Source: Candidatus Nomurabacteria bacterium (GTDB lineage Bacteria > Patescibacteriota > Dojkabacteria > SC72 > JAHDCA01). From it: a DNA stretch of 49,994 nucleotides. Location: positions 1 through 49,994 of the forward strand of contig JACKFR010000002.1 in NCBI GenBank assembly GCA_020632375.1. The letters run 5' to 3'. The translations under genes and the position numbers were made by a program. The notes beneath the pieces were generated by a model. The model had not been told where the DNA came from. It saw nothing but the letters and a program-made list of their open reading frames with translations, and ran no database searches. Of the stretch, positions 1-9,747 are shown piece by piece. Positions within the stretch are counted from its first letter, which is position 1. Every line of letters starts with the position of its first letter.

Positions 1-97
1 GTTTCAACACTTTGCAAAAGTAGCCCTTAAATTGCTATTAATAATAATCTTTTGAGTTCTAAAGAAATAAAAACAAATTAACTTTGTTCCTAAAAAT

Positions 98-1144
98 ATG
101 CAGATCGGAACAATGCTACATCATAAATATTTCAATGGGGTTGTTCCCACCAATAGATCTTCGGTTTATAAAGACAGAGTGACTGGTTTTACTCAAAGTT
201 TTGGTATGAGAGGAACAGGGATATTTGCTATGGTAGCAACAAAAGGCCCGAGTCCAGATTCATATGAATGGAGGAATGTTGATAAAATAGTAGAATTTTG
301 CGAACGAAATAATTTAAGGCTTCATTATAATACTGTCCTATTTGGCCATCTTGATGGGTATCCCGAATGGTTTAAAGAACTCACTCCAGAAGCCAAACTC
401 AGAGCTTTAGAAAGGCATGTTCGTTTAGTTGTTGGACGATACAAATATAAAGTTGAGTTTTTCAAGCTAATGAATGAAAGCTTAGGTGGAGATTCCATAG
501 ATTTTCTTGGTACAGGTAAAAGCAGAGTTGAATTAATTTCAAATGTTTTTCAATGGGCAAAGGAAACATATCCAGAGGGGAAATATATGTGGAATGAACA
601 CAGTCCAAGTTTTAGAGAAGATACTAGAAATGAGTTTCTGCAGATAGTCCGAGAAGTTCAAGCTAGAGGAGTAAGTCCAGATATAATAGGATTACAGGCA
701 CATATGGGTTATAGACCCCGACCATTTAAATTACCTCCTGATCAGGATATAAAGGATGCTTTAACTGGAATTCATGAAAAAACTGAAGTTCCACTACAGA
801 TTACCGAATTTGATTTGAGTTGGAATAACAATAGACAAGGAGAAGATAAAGCTGAAATGAAGATTGATCCTAACAAACCAATTGTTGTAGACGAAGTTAA
901 ATACAAAACGTGGTTTGAGTATCAAGCATATGCGTACCAGCATTTTGCCGAAATATGCATGGGTTTAGACTTTGTAAAGGGATTTTACTATTGGGCATTT
1001 AATGAAAATGAGCCCTGGGAGAGACCTGATTGTGGTTTGTTTGATGATGACTTTAAACCCAGACCTGAAATGCAAGAGTGGTTATTTGAGTTACAAGAAG
1101 GCAAAGTTCCAAGAGAAGATATGTTGGAAGTCCAGAGGGTCTAA
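98..1144 (+). CDS. Divergent glycoside hydrolase family 10 (xylanase-like TIM barrel)
   Basis: FKLMNE (cf. WDVVNE acid/base Glu), GLQAHM, LQITEFDL (nucleophile Glu) and the C-terminal GLFDDDFKPRP match the GH10 layout. No signal peptide. Confidence 0.8.
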   Translation: MQIGTMLHHKYFNGVVPTNRSSVYKDRVTGFTQSFGMRGTGIFAMVATKGPSPDSYEWRNVDKIVEFCERNNLRLHYNTVLFGHLDGYPEWFKELTPEAKLRALERHVRLVVGRYKYKVEFFKLMNESLGGDSIDFLGTGKSRVELISNVFQWAKETYPEGKYMWNEHSPSFREDTRNEFLQIVREVQARGVSPDIIGLQAHMGYRPRPFKLPPDQDIKDALTGIHEKTEVPLQITEFDLSWNNNRQGEDKAEMKIDPNKPIVVDEVKYKTWFEYQAYAYQHFAEICMGLDFVKGFYYWAFNENEPWERPDCGLFDDDFKPRPEMQEWLFELQEGKVPREDMLEVQRV

Positions 1145-1448
1145 ACGTCAAAGAATTGATAGGAATACTTCTGGAGTAACAACTTTAGCTCAGATTTTTG
1201 ACTTAATACCAAAGTCCGAATAAGTGACCTCACTTCCCGCCAAGCTTTATATTCAGCAAAATTGAAAGATGTTGCCTCGGCGCTTCGCTTGTAATCATTC
1301 GGAGTTTTGGCCAAAAAATGTTCGAACTTCGTTAGAAACACTGCCAGTTGAACTTCGCTCTTCAAGAGAAAGACTCTTCATGTTCCTCGTCTTTCAGGCT
1401 CATATGCATTAAAATACTATATGAGATAAGTTTATAAATGCTGGTAAT

Positions 1449-1778
1449 ATGTTTTCATATTACATCAGCTACATAAAAGACAACCCCAAAGGCTACTGGT
1501 TTAGAGCTAAGTTATATGGTTGGGGGTGGACTCCTGCACGCTGGCAGGGGTGGATTACACTTCTAATCTTTGTTGCAGCGGTTATTACAAACTCCTTGCG
1601 GTTTACTTTTGACTCTGAGCTTGCTTCAAACGCTATGAATGAATTTCTTCTTGAGACTTTTGCAATGACTGCTGTGCTAATTCTTGTTTGTTACATAAAG
1701 GGGGAGCCACCCCGATGGCAGTGGGGTGTGCCAAAGATGTACAGTGCGCCAGAGAGTACCCCAAAGAAGCAAAATTAA
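1449..1778 (+). CDS. Small two-TM membrane protein, hypothetical
   Basis: 109 aa, Trp/Gly-rich WFRAKLYGWGWTPARWQGW motif, two hydrophobic segments, ends PRWQWG. Confidence 0.75.
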   Translation: MFSYYISYIKDNPKGYWFRAKLYGWGWTPARWQGWITLLIFVAAVITNSLRFTFDSELASNAMNEFLLETFAMTAVLILVCYIKGEPPRWQWGVPKMYSAPESTPKKQN

Positions 1779-1926
1779 GGTTTTGTTAGAAATTAACTTT
1801 ACGATTACCGTCAATGAAGGATATTCTCCGTATAGAGAGAGCACTTTTTATAGATTTAATAAAGTCCTATTGAATCTAAGCTATTTAAGGGTTAGTATTG
1901 CCATTAATTTCTTTTATTTGTATCTC

Positions 1927-2187
1927 ATGTCAAAAGAATACAAACAGTGCCAATCATGTGGAATGCCTTTAGAAAATGGCAAGTCTGCTGGAACAGAAGC
2001 AGATGGAACAATGAGCAAAATGTATTGCAATCTCTGCTATCAAAAAGGCAATTTTATAAACCCTGATGCTTCACTCGATGATATGAAAAAAACTGTCGAT
2101 GAAGCTCTCAAGAAAAAGGGTTGGAAGTGGCCGATGAGGTTGCTCGCTCGAATGCAGCTTCCGAGGCTTGAGAGATGGCGTAACTAG
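1927..2187 (+). CDS. Putative zinc-ribbon domain protein
   Basis: CQSCGMP...GTEADG...YCNLCYQKG pattern. ATG at 1927 is preferred over the GTG at 1726, which overlaps the upstream gene. Confidence 0.8.
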   Translation: MSKEYKQCQSCGMPLENGKSAGTEADGTMSKMYCNLCYQKGNFINPDASLDDMKKTVDEALKKKGWKWPMRLLARMQLPRLERWRN

Positions 2188-3122
2188 AAGAAGTCTTTTG
2201 ACGGTTTCTTCTCTGCTTCTAGCTCAACAGACTTTATGCTGAGCTGGCTAATCACTCCTGCTATTACTCCAATTGCTCCTGCAACTATGGCATAAGCTTT
2301 TGTGCTCTTGTAGACTTCATTAAACGCAAATCCAAATAGGTCTCTTATGATCGGGGGTAGGTCTACAAGCTTGGGTAATCGTGAAAGATCTAGAGAAAGT
2401 ACATTTTTAGTGACCTCAGGGTGGTCTTTAAGGTAAGTTGGTCCGAATAAAAGCAGCCCAGCTGAAGTAACAAGTCCAAATCCGACCATTAAAATTCCTT
2501 GGCGGAGAGATGAACCAGATACAAGTAAGGCTGCGGCAATAACCAATGAAACAATCGCCATCTGCTGGGGGAGCTTTTTAAGCTTTGCGTATGCATCTGA
2601 GATATTTATAATTGTGATTTTGTCTGTATTAAGAAGTTTGATAGCCGGCGATATCTCACTGACTTTATCAAAATCAATTATCGATGCAGGCTTGCCTATT
2701 TTGTCGGTAACTAGAGTCTCAAGACTTGGAAGGCCGTTTTTTTGGTCTTTCTTTACCGGTATTACTATTTCCGGCGCTTCAGATTTACCTTCCAGCCAAT
2801 CGTATGTGTTATCAACAGTTGTGTCTATAGCCTGATCGACCCACTCCTTATTTGCTTCTTGGTTAGCAATCTTTTTAAAGTCTGATTTAGATACAATCGG
2901 TTCAAGTATTTCCGCAGGTTTTTCAGAATAGACCTGTTCGGTTAAAACATTTACAAACTCTTCTCTTAATGAAGTTTCTTTTATCCATCTCTTGGCGTTC
3001 TCTTTGTCTGTGAGTATCTCTTTCGCACTGTAAAATAGTGATGTAAGAGTAAGAGAGACCCCAAGCGCTACTGCTAGAGCTATTGTCAGCAGGTAGTTTG
3101 TAAGTTTATTTAATCCGAACAT
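2184..3122 (-). CDS. Hypothetical membrane protein
   Basis: 312 aa with an N-terminal TM, a soluble region and three C-terminal hydrophobic segments. Confidence 0.75.
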   Translation of the reverse strand: MFGLNKLTNYLLTIALAVALGVSLTLTSLFYSAKEILTDKENAKRWIKETSLREEFVNVLTEQVYSEKPAEILEPIVSKSDFKKIANQEANKEWVDQAIDTTVDNTYDWLEGKSEAPEIVIPVKKDQKNGLPSLETLVTDKIGKPASIIDFDKVSEISPAIKLLNTDKITIINISDAYAKLKKLPQQMAIVSLVIAAALLVSGSSLRQGILMVGFGLVTSAGLLLFGPTYLKDHPEVTKNVLSLDLSRLPKLVDLPPIIRDLFGFAFNEVYKSTKAYAIVAGAIGVIAGVISQLSIKSVELEAEKKPSKDFF

Positions 3123-3162
3123 CTTTTCTTGAAATATATCTATTCACAGTATAGTCTATAAA

Positions 3163-4149
3163 ATGCTTGAATTAAAATATTGCGAAATAAAGGACAATAA
3201 GTATTTTTCTTCGATACCTTATTTTGAGATCTGGGGCACCTTAGACGGTCCATCAATTTTTATTTCTGCGGGAGTGCATGGAGATGAAATAAATGGTGTC
3301 TATTTGATCAAAAAGTTCATTGATTGGGCTAAAGAATCGAAACTTGAAGGGCGCCTAAAGGGGAGACTCTTTGTTTTGCCGATACTCAATCTTTCTGGTT
3401 TTCGATCTCGTAAAAGGTATGTGTTAGAAGATAAGAAAGATCTAAACAGGCAATTCGGAAAGACTGATTCAAAAACAATTTCTGCTTTGATAGCTTCAAA
3501 CCTAGTGGATGAAATTTTTTCTAAATGTGATATGGGTGTTGATATTCACGATGCGGGATTTGGGGCCGTTCTTCTGCCTCATGCAAGGATTCATATCTCT
3601 GATAGAGATAATTGTATTTCATGCTCCAGAACCCTTGCTCAGATTTTTGGTACCGAGTTTATTCTCGAGAGAAAAGGAGTTCCTTCGATGATGGCTGTTT
3701 ATATGAATAATATTATGAATAAGCCTGTTATTACTGTAGAGATTGGTGGGGCAGGGCATCTAAATGAGCAGTTAGTTTCTATCGGTTTAAGGGGTTTAAA
3801 GAATGTTTTATTTGCAAATCATATGCTTGACGGAGAAATTGATTTGCCACAACTTCAATATATTCTACATAGTAGAAAGACTATGAGGGTAAATTATACG
3901 GCGGTAATAAAGTTTAATCGCAAATTGGGCGATTGGGTAGAAGAAGGACAACAGATAGGCACACTATACTGCCCAGAAACGACTAAAGAAGAACCTTTAC
4001 TTGCGCATAAGTCAGGAATTCTATTTTCAATTTGGCCTGATAATCAGATTTGTAAAGGGAGACAGATATGTTCAATTGTAAACACGAAATCAAAGAACAT
4101 GACATCTGAAGGGTTGCAGAAAATGGAAAATTACCAGAAGAACATGTAA
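3163..4149 (+). CDS. Succinylglutamate desuccinylase/aspartoacylase (AstE/AspA, M14) family protein
   Basis: GVHGDEING Zn motif, DLNRQF, DIHD, ITVEIGG and a C-terminal biotinyl-like barrel. Confidence 0.88.
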   Translation: MLELKYCEIKDNKYFSSIPYFEIWGTLDGPSIFISAGVHGDEINGVYLIKKFIDWAKESKLEGRLKGRLFVLPILNLSGFRSRKRYVLEDKKDLNRQFGKTDSKTISALIASNLVDEIFSKCDMGVDIHDAGFGAVLLPHARIHISDRDNCISCSRTLAQIFGTEFILERKGVPSMMAVYMNNIMNKPVITVEIGGAGHLNEQLVSIGLRGLKNVLFANHMLDGEIDLPQLQYILHSRKTMRVNYTAVIKFNRKLGDWVEEGQQIGTLYCPETTKEEPLLAHKSGILFSIWPDNQICKGRQICSIVNTKSKNMTSEGLQKMENYQKNM

Positions 4150-4182
4150 TATCATTTAGATATTTAACCTGCCTATTTTCAG

Positions 4183-5625
4183 ATGAATATCGATCCAATC
4201 TATATCAGGTTTCTTCTTGCAGTCAGTCTTGGTGCTTTAGTGGGATTTGAGAGAGATGAAAACCGGAAAAATATTCCGAAAGAAAAAGAGTTAGCGGCAA
4301 GTGCCGATATTGCTGCTCGAAAGTTTACATTTATCAAAGAGGGGCATCCAGCAAATGGTCTTGGTGGCTTTAGGACATATACACTAATCTCGATTCTTGG
4401 TGCACTTGCTGGAGTCGCAAGCACTCTAGGTGCTGGTGCAATTGCATGGGTTGTTGCTGCAGGGATAATTATATTTATCCAGATCGCATTTCTTCTTAAT
4501 TATTTTGATAAGAACTCTCTCGGTCTTACAACAGAGGTATCGATAATTCTTGTTTTCGTTCTATCTTTTCTGCTTCTCGGGACAGATATTTCAGTAAATT
4601 TCATTGTAATGGCGGCTGTTGTGAGTGCTTTCGTTTTGTCTATGAGAAACCAACTGCATGCTTTCTCCGGCCTGTTTTCGCATGAAGAGGTAATTGACAC
4701 TATTAAGTTTCTACTTTTCACTGCAGTAATAATTCCGCTTTTACCGAATAAAGCTTTTGGACTTGCGGATATACCAAAGGTTGGACATCTATTTATGACA
4801 TATTGGGGTACAGGTTTTGTTTCTGCGACTGAAGCATTTAATCCTCAGAGAATTTGGACTGTAGTTGTTATGGTTCTGAGCGTTAACTTCGTAGGCTACT
4901 TCATTGCTAAATTGTTTGGAAAAGGGAAAGGAGTGTCTGTAATCGGGCTTCTAGGAGGGCTTGTTTCAAGTACTGCAGTGACAGAAAATATGTCTTCATT
5001 GAGCAAAGAAGAGAAGGACACCCGTGCAAAAGAACCTTATGTTCTGGCGACAATCCTTTCAAATGCTTCCAGTCTGATGAGAATTCTTGTCGTTGTTTTG
5101 ATTTTAAATTTTCATCTGGCTATTAGAGTCGCAGTCCCCGTTCTTGTGATGTTTCTCACTTCAATCCTGGCTTATGCAGTATTGAAATCAAAATATGACG
5201 GTAAGAAAACTAGCAAAAATGTAACAATATCGAAAGTAAAAACTAATATTCAAAACAAGGCCATGCAGACTCCATTTTCGCTTAAGCCTGCTTTGGTGTT
5301 AGCTGGGATTTTCTTTGCTGTGACACTGTTTACACAGCTTGCTCTCTACTTTTTGGGCGATTCTGGATTTGTACTAGCCTCGATGGCCTCTGCGTTATCT
5401 GGACTCGATGCTGTTGCAGCAAATACATCTTTATTTGCTGGGAGTGTAATTCCGCTAGACTTTGCGGCTGTAGTCCTTTTTGTTGCAATCTGTATGAATA
5501 TGATTGCAAGGCTTGTAATTTCGATATTTTCTGCAGACGAGTATTTTTATAAGAAAATTTTGAGAACTTTCTCATTCAACATTCTATTCGGTATAATAGC
5601 TTTAATCGTCGTTATATACTTATAG
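4183..5625 (+). CDS. MgtC/SapB family membrane protein with DUF4010-type domain
   Basis: LGALVGFERD, GGFRTYTLIS, GLTTEVS, GLLGGLVSSTAVT and LSGLDA motifs. Many TMs. Confidence 0.88.
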   Translation: MNIDPIYIRFLLAVSLGALVGFERDENRKNIPKEKELAASADIAARKFTFIKEGHPANGLGGFRTYTLISILGALAGVASTLGAGAIAWVVAAGIIIFIQIAFLLNYFDKNSLGLTTEVSIILVFVLSFLLLGTDISVNFIVMAAVVSAFVLSMRNQLHAFSGLFSHEEVIDTIKFLLFTAVIIPLLPNKAFGLADIPKVGHLFMTYWGTGFVSATEAFNPQRIWTVVVMVLSVNFVGYFIAKLFGKGKGVSVIGLLGGLVSSTAVTENMSSLSKEEKDTRAKEPYVLATILSNASSLMRILVVVLILNFHLAIRVAVPVLVMFLTSILAYAVLKSKYDGKKTSKNVTISKVKTNIQNKAMQTPFSLKPALVLAGIFFAVTLFTQLALYFLGDSGFVLASMASALSGLDAVAANTSLFAGSVIPLDFAAVVLFVAICMNMIARLVISIFSADEYFYKKILRTFSFNILFGIIALIVVIYL

Positions 5626-5651
5626 ATTGTCTCATTTAACCATTTAATCGC

Positions 5652-7103
5652 ATGAAGGTTACTTTTCTATTGCCGTTTTATGTTCAAAAGGTTGCAAGGA
5701 TGCTTATAAAAGAAGGTTATAAGTGTTATCTAGTTGGAGGGGCATTGAGAGATACTGTAATCGGGCGTATACCTTATGATTATGACCTTGCGACTGATGC
5801 AAAACCAGATGATATGCTTAATATTTTCCCAAAATCAGTATCGACGGGGGCTAGATTTGGCATGGTCTCAGCTCTTGTTCCAGATAAAAATGGCGAGATC
5901 TTTGAGGTTCAAGTGACTACATTCAGAAGTGAAGAGCAGTATATTGATGGAAGATGGCCGTCTAAAGTTGCATTTATAGATGACCTTGATAAAGACCTCG
6001 GTCGCAGAGATTTTACTTTTAATGCTATGGCGGCAGACTTATCTCTTGTAGATCTTTCAGGAGAGGATACTGATTTAGAGCTTGAGTTGTATGACCCTTT
6101 TGAAGGAGTTAGTGACCTAAAACAGAAAGTTGTCAAGGCTGTAGGTACTCCCTTAGAGAGGTTTAAGGAAGACGGATTAAGGGCATTTAAAGCGTGTCGT
6201 CTTGCTTCACAACTTGGCTTCACACTGGAACAAGCCACTTTTGACGCTATCGAAGCTTCAATTCCGATTGCATCGCAAGTATCAATGGAGCGTATAAGAG
6301 ATGAGTTTATGAAAATGCTCGTCAAGTCTCCAATGCCTTCTATTGGAATTGACTTAATGCGTGAAACAGGACTTCTGAAAATCTTTATGCCAGAACTTTT
6401 AGAAGGTTACGGAGTAGAACAGAAGCATTTTCATGCTGATGATGTTTATAGGCACTCGCTGAAAACATGCGATGCTGCTCCCGATAATATTAAATTGGCT
6501 GCATTGCTGCATGATATTGGTAAGCCGAGAAAAGACATGGGGAACGGTCATTTTTATGGACATGATGTCGAGGGTGCAAAGATGACCCGACAGATAATGA
6601 AAAGGTTGAAATTTTCAAACCAGGATGTTGAAAGAGTCGTGATTTTGGTTAAAAACCATATGTTTTACTATCCCCATATTGACGAGAACACACCTGAGGA
6701 AGAAGCTAGAAAGATTGAAGAACATCGTTGGACAGATGCTGCAGTCCGACGGTTTATCTCTAGGGTAGGGGAAGAAAATATCGATGATCTTTTTGCTCTA
6801 AGAATTGCTGACGCTTCAGCAAACCCTAAGTCTTCTTTCAAACCCGAAGAAATTGAGAAGCTGCAAGAAAGGATCTCGGCAGTCAGAGAACAGGATATGG
6901 CCCTCAAAGTCTCAGATTTAAGAATATCTGGTGAAGATATAATGAAACTTGGAGTTAAAAAGGGTCCAGAAGTAGGAAATATACTTGAGTATCTTCTCGC
7001 AGTTGTTATCGAAGAGCCCATTTTAAACTCGCATGAAAGTCTTCTTCGTGAAACTAAAGACTATCTTGCGGGTAAAATAAAAGAAGTCATCCCTCTAAGG
7101 TAG
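5652..7103 (+). CDS. cca: CCA tRNA nucleotidyltransferase (class II) with HD domain
   Basis: VGGALRD, DYDLAT, RRDFTFNAMA, EDGLR and ALLHDIGKP motifs. Confidence 0.92.
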   Translation: MKVTFLLPFYVQKVARMLIKEGYKCYLVGGALRDTVIGRIPYDYDLATDAKPDDMLNIFPKSVSTGARFGMVSALVPDKNGEIFEVQVTTFRSEEQYIDGRWPSKVAFIDDLDKDLGRRDFTFNAMAADLSLVDLSGEDTDLELELYDPFEGVSDLKQKVVKAVGTPLERFKEDGLRAFKACRLASQLGFTLEQATFDAIEASIPIASQVSMERIRDEFMKMLVKSPMPSIGIDLMRETGLLKIFMPELLEGYGVEQKHFHADDVYRHSLKTCDAAPDNIKLAALLHDIGKPRKDMGNGHFYGHDVEGAKMTRQIMKRLKFSNQDVERVVILVKNHMFYYPHIDENTPEEEARKIEEHRWTDAAVRRFISRVGEENIDDLFALRIADASANPKSSFKPEEIEKLQERISAVREQDMALKVSDLRISGEDIMKLGVKKGPEVGNILEYLLAVVIEEPILNSHESLLRETKDYLAGKIKEVIPLR

Positions 7104-7985
7104 TTGAATATATAATCCGCTGTGGTCTGATGTAAGCTTTGGTGCCAAATTCACCTTAATCGGGACGTTGGCTAAGGCATGATCGATAGGTAGGCTGACA
7201 AGTGTTCTATTCATCCACGAGTAGTAGTTCACTTTGCCAAATCGACCAAAGTACCTCCGATACAATCCCGAATAGTAAGTAGAGTTAAAATCTCCTACCA
7301 AGATTACTGGTCTGTTCCCTGCAGCTTTAGAATCATATAGGTCGGAAACTTGTTTGAAAAAGATTTTCTGCTTCGCAAATTGTATATCTGAAAGGGGAGG
7401 ATAAGGGTGCATCGTGATTATGTCAAAGGATTCAAATCTCGCATAGCAAAGAGGGTATTCCAGCTCTTTTATAGCGAGAACTTCTTTCGGTGCAGTTTGA
7501 GAAAATATGCTGCATGACTGCCCCTCTTCGCTTATAGATACAATAGGGGGGCCATATAATTGCGAAAGCTTTTGTTCAATCGCAATATTCGATTCTACGA
7601 TAGCAACGATTTGTGGTCTTGAGTTTTTAATCTCTTCGACAATTGGTTCAAGGTTTTCGTTTCTAAAATTTAGATTCATGTAGTAGATATCTGCCTGAAA
7701 ATTAGTGATTCCGGTTGTCTGAATAGGAATGATGAACACTGTAGAAATTATTATGACGTAGGCGATTGATAATATTGCGATTTTTCGGTCTCCTAAAAGA
7801 TAGACCGCAGGACTGATTAGTAAGAGAGCAAGCATGTATTGCAACTGAAAGTGAGAAAATATATCAAAGACAAAAAGGTTCCTACTCAGCAACAAAGATG
7901 TCCCTGAAAGCATAATTAATATCGTTACAAGTCCTGTAAAAAATATATAAAGAAGTTTTTTAATATTGGCAGTCGGTTTAAGCAT
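7095..7985 (-). CDS. Membrane-anchored endonuclease/exonuclease/phosphatase (EEP) family protein
   Basis: Three N-terminal TMs followed by MNL, VE, HP, GDFNS, IDH and SDH catalytic motifs. Confidence 0.85.
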   Translation of the reverse strand: MLKPTANIKKLLYIFFTGLVTILIMLSGTSLLLSRNLFVFDIFSHFQLQYMLALLLISPAVYLLGDRKIAILSIAYVIIISTVFIIPIQTTGITNFQADIYYMNLNFRNENLEPIVEEIKNSRPQIVAIVESNIAIEQKLSQLYGPPIVSISEEGQSCSIFSQTAPKEVLAIKELEYPLCYARFESFDIITMHPYPPLSDIQFAKQKIFFKQVSDLYDSKAAGNRPVILVGDFNSTYYSGLYRRYFGRFGKVNYYSWMNRTLVSLPIDHALANVPIKVNLAPKLTSDHSGLYIQLP

Positions 7986-8181
7986 CGCTTCAGGATAAAT
8001 TATGGATGATTAAAGATCAATAGTCTTTGAAACTATTTCTGGCTTATTGAATTCAAATTACCTACAAAATACTTGCTAAATACTCAAATTCTTATTGCAC
8101 GTAATTCCGTATTTTGTGGAACAATTCCATTCAATACCTTAAAAGATAGTTTCACGTTTACCTGTACATCCTTGAATATAT

Positions 8182-8211
8182 TTGCTGCACCTTTTAACCT
8201 CGTGATAGAAT
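8182..8211 (+). promoter_or_regulatory. Putative sigma70 promoter of the beta-CASP/R15Pi/AMPpase operon
   Basis: TTGCTG (8182-8187), 18-bp spacer, TAGAAT (8206-8211) with a TGn extension. Confidence 0.45.
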
Positions 8212-8249
8212 GGCTCCAGCCTGATAATAATAATTTATCACCTGCCCAT

Positions 8250-9743
8250 ATGACGATACAATTTTGCGGTGCGGCACGGACAGTAACTGGTTCATGCTTC
8301 CTCCTGAATACAGGAAAAACAAAAATCTTAATTGATTGTGGTGCGTTTCAAGGGACATCTGATTTAGAGTCATTAAATAGAGAGCCTTTTCCTTTTGATG
8401 CAACAGAAATTGAGTATGTTCTTCTCACGCACGCCCATTTTGATCACTGCGGTAGGCTCCCGAAGCTTGTGAAAGAAGGGTTTAGAGGCCGAATCATCTC
8501 TACTCAACCTACTAGAGAATTAACAGAGATTGTTTTAAAAGACGCTGCTAAGCTACAAGCAGAAGAGTATAAGAGGTGGAAGATCAGAGAAAGGAACGGA
8601 CACGATAACAGTCATAATAATAACCATAATGACGCCCACCATTTAGAAAATAACCATCCGAACCATCATATGAATGAGAAGTATTCTGAAGAAGGTAGCC
8701 TTTATGAAGAAAAAGAGCCACTTTATACCGAGGCTGATGTGGATGCGACTATGCAGCTATTTGAAATCTACCCATATGGAAATTCGGTCGCTCTTATGGA
8801 TGGATTAGAATTTAGAATGAGGGACTCTGGGCATATTCTTGGTGCAGCTATGTATGAAATCTGGGTTAAAAATGAACTCGGTCGTACAAGGAAACTCGTT
8901 TTCTCTGGAGACTTAGGTCAGCCTGGACAAAGAATTGTTAGAGATCCAGATATGGTAAGAGAGGCTGATTATGTTGTGATGGAGTCAACTTATGGGAACC
9001 GACTTCACAAGAGTAAGGATGATACTGTATTAGAACTTCTATCTGTATTAAAGAAAGCAAGCAAAGAAGGTGGGAATATTTTAATTCCAACATTTGCAAT
9101 AGAAAGAGCGCAAGAGATTATATACGAGCTGAATCTTTTTTTTGAGAATCAACTTTTAGAAGGCCTGCCTGTTTATTTAGATAGTCCTATGGCTGCAAAA
9201 GCTACTGCGGTGTTTAAAGAATTTCCAACTTTCTATGACGAAGATGCGAGGCGATTGCTCGAAAAGGGCGATGACCCATTTGAATTTGATGGCTTTGAAA
9301 TAATTGAAAGTGTTGAAGACTCTAAAAGACTTGTGGGAAGAAACGGCATTGTGATAATGGCAGGTAGCGGCATGATGACTGGTGGGCGAATTACCCATCA
9401 TTTAGCAAATAATATTGAAAAGAAAACAACTCATATTATTTTTGTCGGTTATCAGGTCAAAGGTACTCTTGGCCGTAGGATTGTCGATAATGAGCCTGAG
9501 GTGAGAGTCAAGGGAAGGAAAATGCAAGTAAAAGCTCAAGTCCATACTCTCGGCGGGTTTTCTGCACATGCCGACATGAGAGACTTGCGATACTGGTTGC
9601 GTGGGTTTGGGCATTCTCCAAGGCAGGTATTTATTGTACATGGTGAAGAAAGCATATCTGTTGGTTTTGCGGCAAACGTGAAACAAGAATTAAGCATTGA
9701 TACTGTGGTTCCAAGCTTAAACGAAGTATTTCAATTAGACTAG
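8250..9743 (+). CDS. MBL-fold beta-CASP ribonuclease-like protein
   Basis: GAARTVTGS, THAHFDHCG (HxHxDH), FSGDLG, MESTYG and GFSAHAD. The start is reassigned from TTG 8073 to ATG 8250, where the canonical fold begins. Confidence 0.92.
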   Translation: MTIQFCGAARTVTGSCFLLNTGKTKILIDCGAFQGTSDLESLNREPFPFDATEIEYVLLTHAHFDHCGRLPKLVKEGFRGRIISTQPTRELTEIVLKDAAKLQAEEYKRWKIRERNGHDNSHNNNHNDAHHLENNHPNHHMNEKYSEEGSLYEEKEPLYTEADVDATMQLFEIYPYGNSVALMDGLEFRMRDSGHILGAAMYEIWVKNELGRTRKLVFSGDLGQPGQRIVRDPDMVREADYVVMESTYGNRLHKSKDDTVLELLSVLKKASKEGGNILIPTFAIERAQEIIYELNLFFENQLLEGLPVYLDSPMAAKATAVFKEFPTFYDEDARRLLEKGDDPFEFDGFEIIESVEDSKRLVGRNGIVIMAGSGMMTGGRITHHLANNIEKKTTHIIFVGYQVKGTLGRRIVDNEPEVRVKGRKMQVKAQVHTLGGFSAHADMRDLRYWLRGFGHSPRQVFIVHGEESISVGFAANVKQELSIDTVVPSLNEVFQLD

Positions 9744-9747
9744 TCAA

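Noticed and set aside
1141-1365. 74-aa minus-strand ORF after the GH10 gene
   Set aside because: TTG start, no recognisable motif and an in-frame stop shortly upstream. It could be real or a remnant but cannot be supported.
8073-8249. 59-aa N-terminal extension of the beta-CASP nuclease
   Set aside because: TTG start in AT-rich intergenic DNA containing a likely promoter. The fold begins at ATG 8250.
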